From positions 111,780 to 175,779 of the IMG/VR virus record IMGVR_UViG_3300022217_000003: DNA of 64,000 nucleotides; one strand, given 5' to 3'. Below, piece after piece: positions 1-10,533 of the stretch. The notes beneath the pieces are model-generated. The model worked only from the letters and a program-made list of their open reading frames with translations, had not been told where the DNA came from and made no database searches. Positions within the stretch are counted from its first letter, which is position 1, and every line of letters begins with the position of its first letter. Made by a program: the position numbers and the translations under genes. The stretch is from a virus (lineage: Duplodnaviria; Caudoviricetes).

Positions 1-52
1 CCGCAATGAAATATACATTTCTTTCTTCTGCCTTTTTTAATATTTCTGTCAT
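1..52 (-). CDS. 5' end of a gene truncated by the window edge; possibly NeuB/SpsE-family nonulosonic acid synthase
   Basis: ATG at 52 overlaps the stop of the NeuA-like gene (ATGA); reads MTEILKKAEERNVYFIA, resembling the NeuB N-terminal 'Y(I/F)IAE' motif; only 17 codons visible. Confidence 0.3.
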   Translation of the reverse strand, partial: MTEILKKAEERNVYFIA

Positions 53-588
53 ATGAGTGATTTCAAATCCTTTTCATAATGTATTTCTACCCCATATGAT
101 TTAATCATGCCAATATAGGTAGAAAGCTCATGTTTGTTGTATATAACACTTTCTCTTATTGCCAATATACCATTTTCTATATTACCCCTGCCGCAAGATC
201 TAACTTCCTTTAATTCTGTATTTTTGATTAACATACTGACACATTTATCAATGTCAATAGCTTGGTGCCCAATGCTATTTGCCAATATGCTAACTACAAT
301 ATCATATCTATTTTCTATACATTTATAAATATGTTTTAAAATACTAAATAAGGGTTCATCGTTGTGTATTGCATTAACCCCTCTATGTATTATATTAACT
401 TCCCTTTTACGGCAATACTCTTTAATTATATCAGAGTCAGTTGCCACATAAACATCGTCAATAACGTTTGATTTCAGCAATGGACACACCGCATGCCAAA
501 ACATAGGTACGCCATTAACTATATAAATATTTTTGTTATTGAATCGTTTTGATTCCTTTTTAGCTATTACTATTCCAACAATTTTCAT
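49..588 (-). CDS. acylneuraminate cytidylyltransferase family (NeuA/KdsB-like)
   Basis: N-terminal IVIAKKESKRFNNKNI matches the CMP-sugar synthetase 'IPARxxSKRxxxKN' motif; VYVATDS. Confidence 0.75.
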   Translation of the reverse strand: MKIVGIVIAKKESKRFNNKNIYIVNGVPMFWHAVCPLLKSNVIDDVYVATDSDIIKEYCRKREVNIIHRGVNAIHNDEPLFSILKHIYKCIENRYDIVVSILANSIGHQAIDIDKCVSMLIKNTELKEVRSCGRGNIENGILAIRESVIYNKHELSTYIGMIKSYGVEIHYEKDLKSLI

Positions 589-1169
589 AAAAATTTATAC
601 CCAAAATATTCTATATCCCTTTCATGCAATCTGGCCACTATGTCTTTTGTATTTTTATTATAATATTTTCTATAGTCTTCATGTATGCTTTTATTAAAAT
701 GGGGGATACTTCCCTTAATATGTAATTTTTTGAATACATACTCCATATCCTTTTCCAGTGTTTCATATTTCCCAACAAAATCCACAAGCGTTATAGTCAC
801 ATTGGGTTTAAAAATATACTCACCTAAACCATTGTCCCATTCCCATGTAGGCAATGAAATCCAATCCAATTGATTGCCCACTTGATTTATATGCCCATTT
901 CTTAAATATTCTTCAAAAGACATATCTATTTGTTTCCCATCTTTGCGCTGTATCTGATAATGATATTCTGAAACCATTCTATCCCAGGGGTTTCTTACAA
1001 ATGCAAAAGTAAAGTAATTCTTTATTTTATTTTCGCCCACCTTATTAATATAATCAAAAATATTTCTGTGGGGATTACCCTCATCATTTTCGCCTAACGC
1101 CTTTGTAATGCTGCTTCCTGCGGTCTTTGTAATGTGAACAAAGATACATTTCGTTTTTTCATGTATCAT
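585..1169 (-). CDS. sulfotransferase (Sulfotransfer_2-like)
   Basis: FVHITKTAGSSI PAPS-binding loop, FAFVRNPWDRMVSEY, DFVGKYETL, C-terminal DIEYFGY. Confidence 0.85.
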   Translation of the reverse strand: MIHEKTKCIFVHITKTAGSSITKALGENDEGNPHRNIFDYINKVGENKIKNYFTFAFVRNPWDRMVSEYHYQIQRKDGKQIDMSFEEYLRNGHINQVGNQLDWISLPTWEWDNGLGEYIFKPNVTITLVDFVGKYETLEKDMEYVFKKLHIKGSIPHFNKSIHEDYRKYYNKNTKDIVARLHERDIEYFGYKFL

Positions 1170-1927
1170 AACATATTTTCCAATGGGATGAATTCAGCTC
1201 CGGCTTCTACTAAAATACTATCCTGCTCTGTAGATATTATTTGTATATTATTTTGTTTTAATTTATCAAAGCAATTTGTAAAAGCATCAAGATTGTCATT
1301 ATATCCCGATATCTTTGTTGATTTAGTAACATTATAATCTTTATTCATTTTTTCTAATATTATTGGAGCTTCGCCCATGCCGTGATCATATTCTTCTTTG
1401 TCTTTATATTTATATTTGGATAATATATATTTAATATTGTATGTAAGCTCTTGTTTATAATTTATATTAATATCATAAAAATGAGTTATTCCTCTTTGGC
1501 TAAACCCAATATAAACTATCTTGCTTGCGCCCATATAATAAGCTAGCCCTGTCGCAGTCATCCCGATATTCATACAACCAAATATTTTATTGCTGCCCTT
1601 AGATAGATCATTAATATCGTAACTGCACAAGATAGGAATGATCATATCTTCGTCTCCATTATCCATTATCCATTCAGAATGCTCTTCCTGTGTTCCCTTA
1701 GAGAAAAATTTAATTGTTTCAGGGGAGCAGAAATTAATAGAATACAAGGTGTGGAATATATGAGCCCCTATCCAATAGGTAGGGTTATAAACCATATGAG
1801 AATAATTACAGGCTATTGTTATTTTGTTAACCATTTGTTCATTTGACAATTCTAACATTTCGGGGCTATCCCCAGTTATAAAAATGGTTTTTCCAATATG
1901 TTTATTATTAAAGTCTTTCAACGTCAT
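1166..1927 (-). CDS. Maf/DUF115-like (MAF_flag10) putative nonulosonate transferase
   Basis: NKHIGKTIFITGDSP, TIACN, LAYYMGASKIVYIGF motifs typical of the Maf/MptE-like fold. Confidence 0.6.
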   Translation of the reverse strand: MTLKDFNNKHIGKTIFITGDSPEMLELSNEQMVNKITIACNYSHMVYNPTYWIGAHIFHTLYSINFCSPETIKFFSKGTQEEHSEWIMDNGDEDMIIPILCSYDINDLSKGSNKIFGCMNIGMTATGLAYYMGASKIVYIGFSQRGITHFYDININYKQELTYNIKYILSKYKYKDKEEYDHGMGEAPIILEKMNKDYNVTKSTKISGYNDNLDAFTNCFDKLKQNNIQIISTEQDSILVEAGAEFIPLENML

Positions 1928-3381
1928 TTTCTACGTCTCCAATTTTCCCATACAAACGAATAGTCATAGGTCAAATAGTGAGTTTCAGATAATTTATTTC
2001 TTAATTTTATTCTTTCATTTATAGCATCGGGATAACATTTATGGAACTGAACCTGAATATCATTTATAAAATCAATAAATCCATTGGCTATGATATTATT
2101 TAAAATATTAAATTCCGCACCTTCTACATTCAATTTTAACAAATCTATCTTTGTGATATCATTATTCTTAACAAACTCCATGAATTCTACTAATTTAATA
2201 ACCTCTGTTGGCTCATCACCCCCATGAACACTGGAACTATCTTCTTTTAAATATAGGGGTGATGTCATGGTTTTGTCATATAAGCCAATGTTGTATGTTT
2301 TTATTTTCCCCTTATACTTATTATTAAAAGAAAACTCATATATCCTTGTTTTGAAATCGTATACAGATATTAACCCCAAATCAATTAGTGGCTCTTCCAA
2401 ATATCCCTTTATATCCATAGGATCATTGCGTATGAATCGCTCCAAACCTAAAAAATAAAATTCTTGGGAAGGCTCAAAAGAAAATATATTACATTTATAC
2501 CTATTATATATATCTTCTGTCCATTTCCCAATATAGCTTCCGACATCAAAAACCACACTGTCTTTATTTAGGTTATAATTCAATCTTAATGTTTCTTCCC
2601 CATTGTTCAATCCCCAAAATCTAGAATCAAGGTGTTCTTGTGTTATATCCAACTTCCTCCATCCATCTTCCAATTCCGAAATAACTCCCATTGTTGATAA
2701 ATCCCCATTGACTGCCAAATCACAAAAACGAACATCCTTATTGTTTAATGCTAATACTTTTTCGGCAGTAGGCAATAACAACAATGATTCATCTATTACA
2801 TCTTCTTTGCTATTAAAATCTATAACCCCTAGGCCCAAATCTTCCACATATTTTATTTTCTTGAAAAATCCAATCCTGGTATTAAAATCTTGGCTCGCAA
2901 AATCAAGGCTTTTATATTTTTCATCATACCCCCCCAAGTCCAAAAAATCACTTCTTCTAATTATACCTATCTTGTGATTATCTCTGGGTATAACCCTTCT
3001 CGATCTAGATACCTCCAGATCCTGTTCTACATATTTTGTCATTTTCTCAATATAATCTTCAGTGTAAATTGTATTTATATCAGAAACAAAAAAATATTCT
3101 GAGGTTACAAAATTTCTAACCCCGCGATTTATTAACTTAGAGATATTATTTTTTTTCTGCATAGGGAAATAATGATAAAAAATATCTTCTAATCCCACTA
3201 TATCATCCCTGATATCTTTTTTAGACGTATTGGCAACTATAATATTTACTGGCTTTGTTGACTTCTTTATACTTTCAATTGATTTATATAAGCATGTGGT
3301 TGCTTCCTTAACATGGTCGTCTCCATAATCAAATACATATAAAAAATCTAGCACTATAATATTCCCCTTAATGTTCCCCAA
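1924..3381 (-). CDS. glycosyltransferase-like domain (GT2/GT7C) fused to FkbM-family methyltransferase
   Basis: N-half LGGYDEKY; C-half VFDVGSYIG, SFEP, IDLLKLNVEGAE, IQVQFH (FkbM). Confidence 0.75.
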   Translation of the reverse strand: MGNIKGNIIVLDFLYVFDYGDDHVKEATTCLYKSIESIKKSTKPVNIIVANTSKKDIRDDIVGLEDIFYHYFPMQKKNNISKLINRGVRNFVTSEYFFVSDINTIYTEDYIEKMTKYVEQDLEVSRSRRVIPRDNHKIGIIRRSDFLDLGGYDEKYKSLDFASQDFNTRIGFFKKIKYVEDLGLGVIDFNSKEDVIDESLLLLPTAEKVLALNNKDVRFCDLAVNGDLSTMGVISELEDGWRKLDITQEHLDSRFWGLNNGEETLRLNYNLNKDSVVFDVGSYIGKWTEDIYNRYKCNIFSFEPSQEFYFLGLERFIRNDPMDIKGYLEEPLIDLGLISVYDFKTRIYEFSFNNKYKGKIKTYNIGLYDKTMTSPLYLKEDSSSVHGGDEPTEVIKLVEFMEFVKNNDITKIDLLKLNVEGAEFNILNNIIANGFIDFINDIQVQFHKCYPDAINERIKLRNKLSETHYLTYDYSFVWENWRRRK

Positions 3382-4103
3382 TGCTCATCATTATATTGCA
3401 AATCCTCTATTTTGGAATATGCTTTTAAATCAGCTTGAGTTTTGTGATAAATATCTGAATTTTTTTGTTCTTGTATTCTGTTAAAATGCTCATGCCAAAG
3501 GTGAGTGGTAACTATCGACCTATCATATATTAATTTATTTACAAGACCTATGCGTTCGTTGTAATCTGCGTCTTCAGGACCATATCCCACAAATTCCTCA
3601 TTATATCCCTGAACATCCATAAAAGATTTCAAAAAGAACAACCCATTCCCATGCGCAAACCCACCACCGTGCTTATCCAATTTCATTAATTCGTAAAAAT
3701 TGGAAGAATAGCATTCCTGATATATATTATGATTATATGGGATCACTCTATATAATGAGCTATAGTCATAAACATATTTTTTCATCTGAACAACATAATC
3801 TTCCTGGTATACTATATCTATATCTGAAAAAATAAAATAAGGGGTTTTGACATAGTTCTTTACCGCAAAATTAATTAACTTTGACTTATTAAAATAACCA
3901 ATAACGGGCTTGTGTATATACTCCGATCCACTATTACTTGTAAGCCCATCATTTATTTTTGGTTTTATATCCTTGTCGGATGCATTAAATACAATAATAC
4001 GCACCCCTTGATTTAAAATACTTCCCATAGAACATCTTAATCTTTCTATTGCTTTATCTATATTTTCCTGAGTATATCTGAACACATATAAAAAATCTAT
4101 CAT
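3354..4103 (-). CDS. glycosyltransferase GT2/GT7C
   Basis: FSDIDI DxD motif, QGYNEEFVGYGPEDADY, HLWH. Confidence 0.85.
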   Translation of the reverse strand: MIDFLYVFRYTQENIDKAIERLRCSMGSILNQGVRIIVFNASDKDIKPKINDGLTSNSGSEYIHKPVIGYFNKSKLINFAVKNYVKTPYFIFSDIDIVYQEDYVVQMKKYVYDYSSLYRVIPYNHNIYQECYSSNFYELMKLDKHGGGFAHGNGLFFLKSFMDVQGYNEEFVGYGPEDADYNERIGLVNKLIYDRSIVTTHLWHEHFNRIQEQKNSDIYHKTQADLKAYSKIEDLQYNDEHWGTLRGIL

Positions 4104-5699
4104 TTAATACCAATCCTCTTTGGGAACTTGTAAGATTTCCTGATGAGTTGGATTTAATTCAACATCTTCTACATCTTCATTATAAAAGATTTTACAAAAT
4201 ACCGCATAATTACCAATAGCAAACCCCGCATACCCATCTTCCCTCTGTTCCGGTTGAGATCTCAATGTATTATAAAGATCTTGCCCAGATCCAACACCAC
4301 AGAAGTGGGCTATCTTATTGCCAACTTCTATTGAATGATTTATTGAACCACATACATTATCTCTGTTGCCATTCTCAGCAACACCCCCGACATCATTATA
4401 ATCCAGGTGAAAAACCTTCCCGCCATTCTTTATAATGGTATACATCGGGACATCAAAGAAATCCGTATTATATAATCCATCTGGGTTAAACGCACTGCAA
4501 AGAAATTTAGTTGTTGTGTCCCTATCATACTTAGGAAGCTTTTCTTTGTTAAATGAAATGAGGGTAGTGGGGCATACAGTCGGATGACCCGCATACCTTC
4601 TGCGTGGACCTATTAAATCAAATCCTTCTTCCGCTTTCATAATCATCTCACTTATTATGTCGCCCCTAAAAACGACATCACTATCAAAATGTATTATATT
4701 TTGCGCTTCTGTTTCTGTTATTATCTTTGCCCAAAGCAAAAACATCCCCCAATGAGCTGGGTCTTTGTAACCCTCCATGATATCAAATTCATTGCCGACA
4801 TCTATTAAAATATTATTGTCATTAGGTATAAGCATTTTAAAATCTTCTTGCGTCCCATAAACATGAACCTTGTGATTGTGATGCTTATGAAATGAATCTA
4901 AAGATATTCTCCCCGCCTTGCCCGCATTTACTATTTCCGTAAAAATCATGTGATCCATAAAAGATCTCCTTTCATATGATTCCTTATCGCATATATATTG
5001 ATTTTCTCTTAATTCTTCTGGCTCATCGATCTTATATTCATTAATGGGATTTAAGTTATTATATACATACAATGGTTTATCGACATATTTAATTCTGTCT
5101 AATCCACATACTTCAATTGCAGGTCTCATTATAGGACTATCCCATGCCCGCTGAATATACTTACCATCCCACCTTCTTAAATCTTCGTCTTTTATGCATT
5201 TCCACACTTTATATCTCATGGTTTTTAGGTGAGAGAAATTGTTTTTGGGCTCCCTTACTTCCTCCAATGAAAATATTTCCTTACTACACCCAAGCGTTGT
5301 TTTATTATCCTTTATATCAGAATCAGTTATATATTGCCCATAAGTCAAAAGAATATCTTTATTATTATAGATATCATTGAGATATTCCAATGCATCATCA
5401 CAATACAACCAATCATCTCCATCCACGAAACATAATATATCATTCCCATCATTGCATATATGCTTTATACCCATAATAACATTTGCAATTGCTTTCTGGT
5501 TTTTATAATTCTTTAGAGTAGCAAATCTTTTGTCGTCTCCAATTGTATCCCATGCAATATTAAATGTATTATCGGTAGATGCATCATCTATAATAACGCA
5601 TTCCCAATTTGGATAATATTGTGATTTAATCGAATTAATGCACTTACCAATATACTTCTCAGCATTATAAACAGGTATTATGATTTTAAACTTATTCAC
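4104..5699 (-). CDS. GT2 glycosyltransferase with a second GT-A-like domain
   Basis: IIIPVYNAEKYI, IIDDASTD, FVDGDDWL; second domain IHFDSDVVF. Confidence 0.85.
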   Translation of the reverse strand: MNKFKIIIPVYNAEKYIGKCINSIKSQYYPNWECVIIDDASTDNTFNIAWDTIGDDKRFATLKNYKNQKAIANVIMGIKHICNDGNDILCFVDGDDWLYCDDALEYLNDIYNNKDILLTYGQYITDSDIKDNKTTLGCSKEIFSLEEVREPKNNFSHLKTMRYKVWKCIKDEDLRRWDGKYIQRAWDSPIMRPAIEVCGLDRIKYVDKPLYVYNNLNPINEYKIDEPEELRENQYICDKESYERRSFMDHMIFTEIVNAGKAGRISLDSFHKHHNHKVHVYGTQEDFKMLIPNDNNILIDVGNEFDIMEGYKDPAHWGMFLLWAKIITETEAQNIIHFDSDVVFRGDIISEMIMKAEEGFDLIGPRRRYAGHPTVCPTTLISFNKEKLPKYDRDTTTKFLCSAFNPDGLYNTDFFDVPMYTIIKNGGKVFHLDYNDVGGVAENGNRDNVCGSINHSIEVGNKIAHFCGVGSGQDLYNTLRSQPEQREDGYAGFAIGNYAVFCKIFYNEDVEDVELNPTHQEILQVPKEDWY

Positions 5700-7206
5700 A
5701 ATTGCGCCTCCTTGGGCTTAAATTATTATAAACTACCTTTAACTCTTCTAGCATAGCATCTCCTTCTTCTGTTGACTGTTCTGCAATTTTAATTTTTGGA
5801 TAATATTCCTTGGGTAAACATACATATAAAACAAAAGTTCTTAAAAGGCCTTCTATTTCATTTTCAGGGAATTGTGGCATATGCAAAAAAGACTCACCCA
5901 TAATACTGCTATTAATATCTTTTAAGCTCCCCTCTTTTAAATATCCTTTTTCTAAACAATATTCCCTTAAATATGTTCCTCTATATGGCTGAAAGGCAAA
6001 GCCGTTTACAGAATCAAACTTTAACTTTCTATTTAATTCTATAGTATCAAAAGCCAATTCCCTTGTCTCATCGGGGAATCCTATAATATTATTAATTCCT
6101 ATTTTAACATCATATTTATTTAATATACCGAGACCTTTTACAATTTGATCATTGGTAATATGTTTTTTTAATACCGTTTTTCTAAATTCTTCATTGCCAT
6201 GTTCTATGCTCACTGCAACTCTGTCACAATTCATCTTTACCAATATTTCCATTTTTTCATCTGTTATGGTATCTATTCTAGTTTGACACCAAAATGGAAT
6301 TTTAAACTCAGAATACATTTCTTCAAATTTTTTTAATTTATCTAATGACCTGGACAAAAATGTTTCGGAATTAAAATATAAATAATCTACCCGAAACTTA
6401 TCAACCTGGTATTTTAATTCTTTGTATATCCTATCAATAGATTTCTCCCTATAATACTTATATCCATTTTCATGATATAATTTTAAAAGGAAGGGAGCTC
6501 CACAAAAAGTGCACGGATAAGGACATCCTCTGTCAAAATTAATAGGCAACATTTTGAGCATCTTCCCACGCATAGGGGAATATAACCGCTGCTCTTCAAA
6601 TACTGAAAAATCCTCAAATGGCAAATCATTTAAATCCACAGGTGCTTTTAGTTTATTTTTATAAACCTTTCCAAGCGAACGATCTTTAACCCATAAATTT
6701 TCTAAGTTTTTATAGTCTGTCCCATTTTTTAAATGATCACACAGATCTACTAAGGTTTGCTCTCCCTCACCAATACAAATAATATCAATATTGAAATGCT
6801 CTATCAATTCTTCTGGACTAAATATCGCATACTTGCCCCCGAATACAATAGGTATATTCATGCATCCTATTGTATTAATTAATTTAAATGCTAATTCAAT
6901 AGTGCTATCAACAACTGAAACACCTATTAAATCAGGCTTATAATTTTTGACTATATTAAAAAAATCATCAAATACATTATTTTTATTAATCTTCAAACCT
7001 TCTGATAAATCCATTTTTTTAACTTGTATGCGTTTTTCCCTGAGATCACCAAGGTTCTTGTCAGATGTCTTATATAAAGTTGTATCAAATAATTTAACAT
7101 CGTATCCTTTTTCTTTTAAGCAAGCTGCCAATAACGGTATATTGCTCGGTAGTTGCATTTGATACATTAGATTGGGAAATACTAATAAAACCTTGAACTT
7201 GCTCAT
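5692..7206 (-). CDS. cobalamin-binding radical SAM protein
   Basis: B12-binding N-domain (PDLIGVS, FGG, IGEGE), RGCPYPCTFC, IIGFPDET, PYRGT. Confidence 0.9.
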   Translation of the reverse strand: MSKFKVLLVFPNLMYQMQLPSNIPLLAACLKEKGYDVKLFDTTLYKTSDKNLGDLREKRIQVKKMDLSEGLKINKNNVFDDFFNIVKNYKPDLIGVSVVDSTIELAFKLINTIGCMNIPIVFGGKYAIFSPEELIEHFNIDIICIGEGEQTLVDLCDHLKNGTDYKNLENLWVKDRSLGKVYKNKLKAPVDLNDLPFEDFSVFEEQRLYSPMRGKMLKMLPINFDRGCPYPCTFCGAPFLLKLYHENGYKYYREKSIDRIYKELKYQVDKFRVDYLYFNSETFLSRSLDKLKKFEEMYSEFKIPFWCQTRIDTITDEKMEILVKMNCDRVAVSIEHGNEEFRKTVLKKHITNDQIVKGLGILNKYDVKIGINNIIGFPDETRELAFDTIELNRKLKFDSVNGFAFQPYRGTYLREYCLEKGYLKEGSLKDINSSIMGESFLHMPQFPENEIEGLLRTFVLYVCLPKEYYPKIKIAEQSTEEGDAMLEELKVVYNNLSPRRRNCE

Positions 7207-8021
7207 CTTTTTATAAACCTATATGGCAAAACCCCCTGTATCATATTTGTATTATATCCGATTAACGGATCAAGGTCTATTATGTTGCCATCCAAAAACT
7301 TATCATTCAAACTTCGTACACTGTGTTCTGTATCGATCTGTTCGGGCTCTGCGCTTTTAACATAGTTATTTGCAATACAAAAAACCCGTGGGGTTAAAAA
7401 TGAATACAAAAGGGGCTTATTGTAATTCCTATTTTCATTCATCCTGCCTTCTAATTCATTCGGGAACCCAAAATTAATAGAATTTATTAACGCCTTAAAC
7501 TCGTCGGTTCTATAAATATGACCATTAATACAATGCGGATATCCCCACTCCCCATTAGGATTAGATTTAGTCCAGTCCCATACTAAAAAAACCGCATCGT
7601 TAATAAACTCAGGCAAATCTATATCAAATTGTGCCGAATAACAATATGTGACACCCTTATGTAATTTTAACGATATAGCCACAGCCCTGGAATCATTTTT
7701 GAATGCATCTGTTATCTGCCTTATATCGGGCTCATCTATTGGATTAAATATAATTTCATCATCGACAAAGCAAAGAGAAAGCTCTTTATCAAATTTATTA
7801 ATAATTATATCCTTGGTATCTTTTTGGAAATCGTTTTCCTTATGCCATTCTATTCTACCGTGACTCGATTTAACTATATCATACCCTTGTCTATATATAT
7901 CATTGGTATAATTATATAAAACATGTATCGTTCCTATGGACTTAAACCTGCTTCTTATACTCCTAATACACAGGTCTAACTGGCAAGCCCGATCAAGGCT
8001 GAAAATTAATACATTAATCAC
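7203..8021 (-). CDS. putative GT-A fold glycosyltransferase
   Basis: FSLDRACQLDLCIRS N-terminus, CFVDDEI acidic motif, WGYP-x-x-x-NGHIY; lies inside the glycan operon. Confidence 0.55.
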   Translation of the reverse strand: MINVLIFSLDRACQLDLCIRSIRSRFKSIGTIHVLYNYTNDIYRQGYDIVKSSHGRIEWHKENDFQKDTKDIIINKFDKELSLCFVDDEIIFNPIDEPDIRQITDAFKNDSRAVAISLKLHKGVTYCYSAQFDIDLPEFINDAVFLVWDWTKSNPNGEWGYPHCINGHIYRTDEFKALINSINFGFPNELEGRMNENRNYNKPLLYSFLTPRVFCIANNYVKSAEPEQIDTEHSVRSLNDKFLDGNIIDLDPLIGYNTNMIQGVLPYRFIKR

Positions 8022-8851
8022 TTCCTCAAACCTCTCAATTGTTTTTTTAGATTAGAAATATTACCCAAACCAGATTTCCTATCCCACTCATAGGCCTTTT
8101 CTGTAATATCTACATACTCCTGCTTTGACATATTTAACATCCTATCAACCAATTGTATATCACTAACAAATTCCCCATAGTCTATGTATAAATCTTTAGG
8201 AACAATATCCCCTATGTTATATGCTCCATAATAAACAGCTACTGTCTTTGCCTTCATAGTATCTCTAATTTTTTCAGTTACCCAATCCCAACTATATAAA
8301 GGATGATAACAATTCTCAAAAGCAAGGTTAAACTTATATTCATTTATTTTTTTTAATTTAGGAAAACTGCTTGGGAAGGTTTCCTGTGTTCCTACTTCGC
8401 CTATAGGGCCTCTATATAAATTCCCATATGGTTTTATTCCATAACAATCTGTTTCTAATCCGCCAATCATATTTATGGTTTCCATAATTTGAAGTCTTGT
8501 GTGTGCTATATCTCCAGATATGCCGCTATGTTCTCTGTGCCTACATGCCAGCATAATGCCATTTATTTTTTCTTCAAATGGCTTAAATGAGTCTAATTTA
8601 TAATTATTATTAAATAAGGGGAATCCGTTAATTAATACGATATTAAATTTGTCTTTATACATATCGTATAATTTTGAATTCCATGTTATAATACCTTTAT
8701 AATGTTTCCAATATTCCAGATTGTAGTATTGGGGAAAGACGGTATACCCATCAATTAAAAATAGATACTTATTGGGATCGACTATGCCATCACAATCAAA
8801 TGAAATAATATCCTTAAACTCATTTTTCAGCTTTACATATTCGTCACTCAA
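8018..8851 (-). CDS. GT10 (alpha-1,3-fucosyltransferase-like) glycosyltransferase
   Basis: YKFNLAFENC, WVTEKI, VAVYYG. Confidence 0.8.
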   Translation of the reverse strand: MSDEYVKLKNEFKDIISFDCDGIVDPNKYLFLIDGYTVFPQYYNLEYWKHYKGIITWNSKLYDMYKDKFNIVLINGFPLFNNNYKLDSFKPFEEKINGIMLACRHREHSGISGDIAHTRLQIMETINMIGGLETDCYGIKPYGNLYRGPIGEVGTQETFPSSFPKLKKINEYKFNLAFENCYHPLYSWDWVTEKIRDTMKAKTVAVYYGAYNIGDIVPKDLYIDYGEFVSDIQLVDRMLNMSKQEYVDITEKAYEWDRKSGLGNISNLKKQLRGLRK

Positions 8852-9437
8852 TTACGAATCCCCATTTCCTTCTAAATAATTCTTTATTACGTTTCCCAAA
8901 TTCGGGCTCTCTTTTCATTTCGTTCTTGTGCTTTAATCTAACTAAATTAGTCAGATATACTCTGCCTGCAGGATTAGCTTGTTTTAATTTCATAGTAAAT
9001 TCAATATCCTCCATGCCCCATCCATGATATTCTTCATTAAATATTAAATCATTTTTTCTATACGCCATGCAGGCCCCTGGAACATACTCCACGGGAACAT
9101 AGTCATCTACTACATTACTTGATTTGCTAACCGTATTTTGTATAGAGCCATCTATATTTAATAGCCTTGCTCCCATCATTAATACGGAGGGATCGCGCAA
9201 TCTGCGAATCATTGTTTCATCCCAGCTTTCTGGAAAACCATAAAGGTCATCGTCAATGAAAATTACAAAATCTCCTTTACATTGTCGCAGGCAATCATTT
9301 CTATTTTTTGCCACACCTCCACTGGGGTTAGATACTAAAATAAATTCATAATCCCCTCTTGCATTACTTAGAGCTTCATCTATTCTGTCTTGGACTTCCG
9401 TATCCGGTTTAATGGTAATCATACATATAGATATCAT
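8844..9437 (-). CDS. GT2 glycosyltransferase
   Basis: GVAKNRN, FIDDD, GACM, FNEEYHGWGMEDIEF. Confidence 0.85.
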   Translation of the reverse strand: MISICMITIKPDTEVQDRIDEALSNARGDYEFILVSNPSGGVAKNRNDCLRQCKGDFVIFIDDDLYGFPESWDETMIRRLRDPSVLMMGARLLNIDGSIQNTVSKSSNVVDDYVPVEYVPGACMAYRKNDLIFNEEYHGWGMEDIEFTMKLKQANPAGRVYLTNLVRLKHKNEMKREPEFGKRNKELFRRKWGFVIE

Positions 9438-10532
9438 TTAAAGAGTTCCTTCCATACAAATTTCCTTTACTAAATTAATAGCCCCCAATACAGCCTCATC
9501 CATATCCATATATTTATACGACCCAAGCCTTCCCCCAAAGTATATTATATTTTTATATCGCTTGGCATAATTTAAATATAATTTATATAGGTCATTGTTT
9601 TTTTTATCATTAATTGGGTAGAATGGATCTCCTTTGTCTTGGGGGTATTCTTTTGTTATAATCGTGTGATCAACATCTATAGGCTCAAAATGTTTATGTT
9701 CAAGTATTCTTGTATAAGAAACATTTTCATCTGTATAATTTATAACCGCATTGCCCTGAAAATCTTTAATATTAATTTTTTCTTCTTCAAACGACAATGA
9801 TCTATATTCCAGTTTACCAAATTTATAATTAAAGAATTCATCTATTGGTCCTGTAAATATAACATTATTATATAAATATCTTTCGTCTTTAACCTCATCC
9901 CACGATGTTTTTAATTTTATATCAGACCCCCAAAGCAAGTTATGAAACAAGGTTGTATAACCGCCAAGTGGTATTCCCTGAAACTTTCCCCGCAAATAAG
10001 TATCATCAAAATTCAATCTAATAGGAACCCTCTTAATAATATCTATTGGTAAATCCCTGGGTTCTCTACCCCATTGTTTTTTAGTATACCCATAAAAAAA
10101 TATTTTATATATTTGCTCTCCCACCTGAGATAAGATCCACTCTTCTAAGTTATTGGGATTTTGGATATCACATTTTGTGATTTCCAATTTTTCCCTTGCT
10201 TCCTCTGGTGTGGTAACTCCCCACAATTGATATAGGGTCATAAGATTAATTGGGAATGAATATATTTTATTCTTATAACAAGCCTTGACCCTGTTTAAAA
10301 ATAAGTTTAAACCACTATACTTATTTATATAATCCCAGATCCGCTTATTGTCTGTGTGAAAAATGTGTCCTCCGTATTTATGAATAGCAATGCCATCTAC
10401 TTCCTCTGTATAACAGTTTCCGCCAACGTGATCTCTTTTATCTATTACAAGGCATTTATATCCCCTATCATATAACTCCCTCGCACATACACTCCCGAAA
10501 ATTCCTGCTCCAACAATTAAAAAATCATACAT
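9438..10532 (-). CDS. glf: UDP-galactopyranose mutase
   Basis: MYDFLIVGAGIFG, HVGGNCY, HKYGGHIFHT, YTKKQWG, GRLGSYKYMDMD; start moved to ATG at 10532. Confidence 0.95.
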   Translation of the reverse strand: MYDFLIVGAGIFGSVCARELYDRGYKCLVIDKRDHVGGNCYTEEVDGIAIHKYGGHIFHTDNKRIWDYINKYSGLNLFLNRVKACYKNKIYSFPINLMTLYQLWGVTTPEEAREKLEITKCDIQNPNNLEEWILSQVGEQIYKIFFYGYTKKQWGREPRDLPIDIIKRVPIRLNFDDTYLRGKFQGIPLGGYTTLFHNLLWGSDIKLKTSWDEVKDERYLYNNVIFTGPIDEFFNYKFGKLEYRSLSFEEEKINIKDFQGNAVINYTDENVSYTRILEHKHFEPIDVDHTIITKEYPQDKGDPFYPINDKKNNDLYKLYLNYAKRYKNIIYFGGRLGSYKYMDMDEAVLGAINLVKEICMEGTL

Positions 10533-10533
10533 T

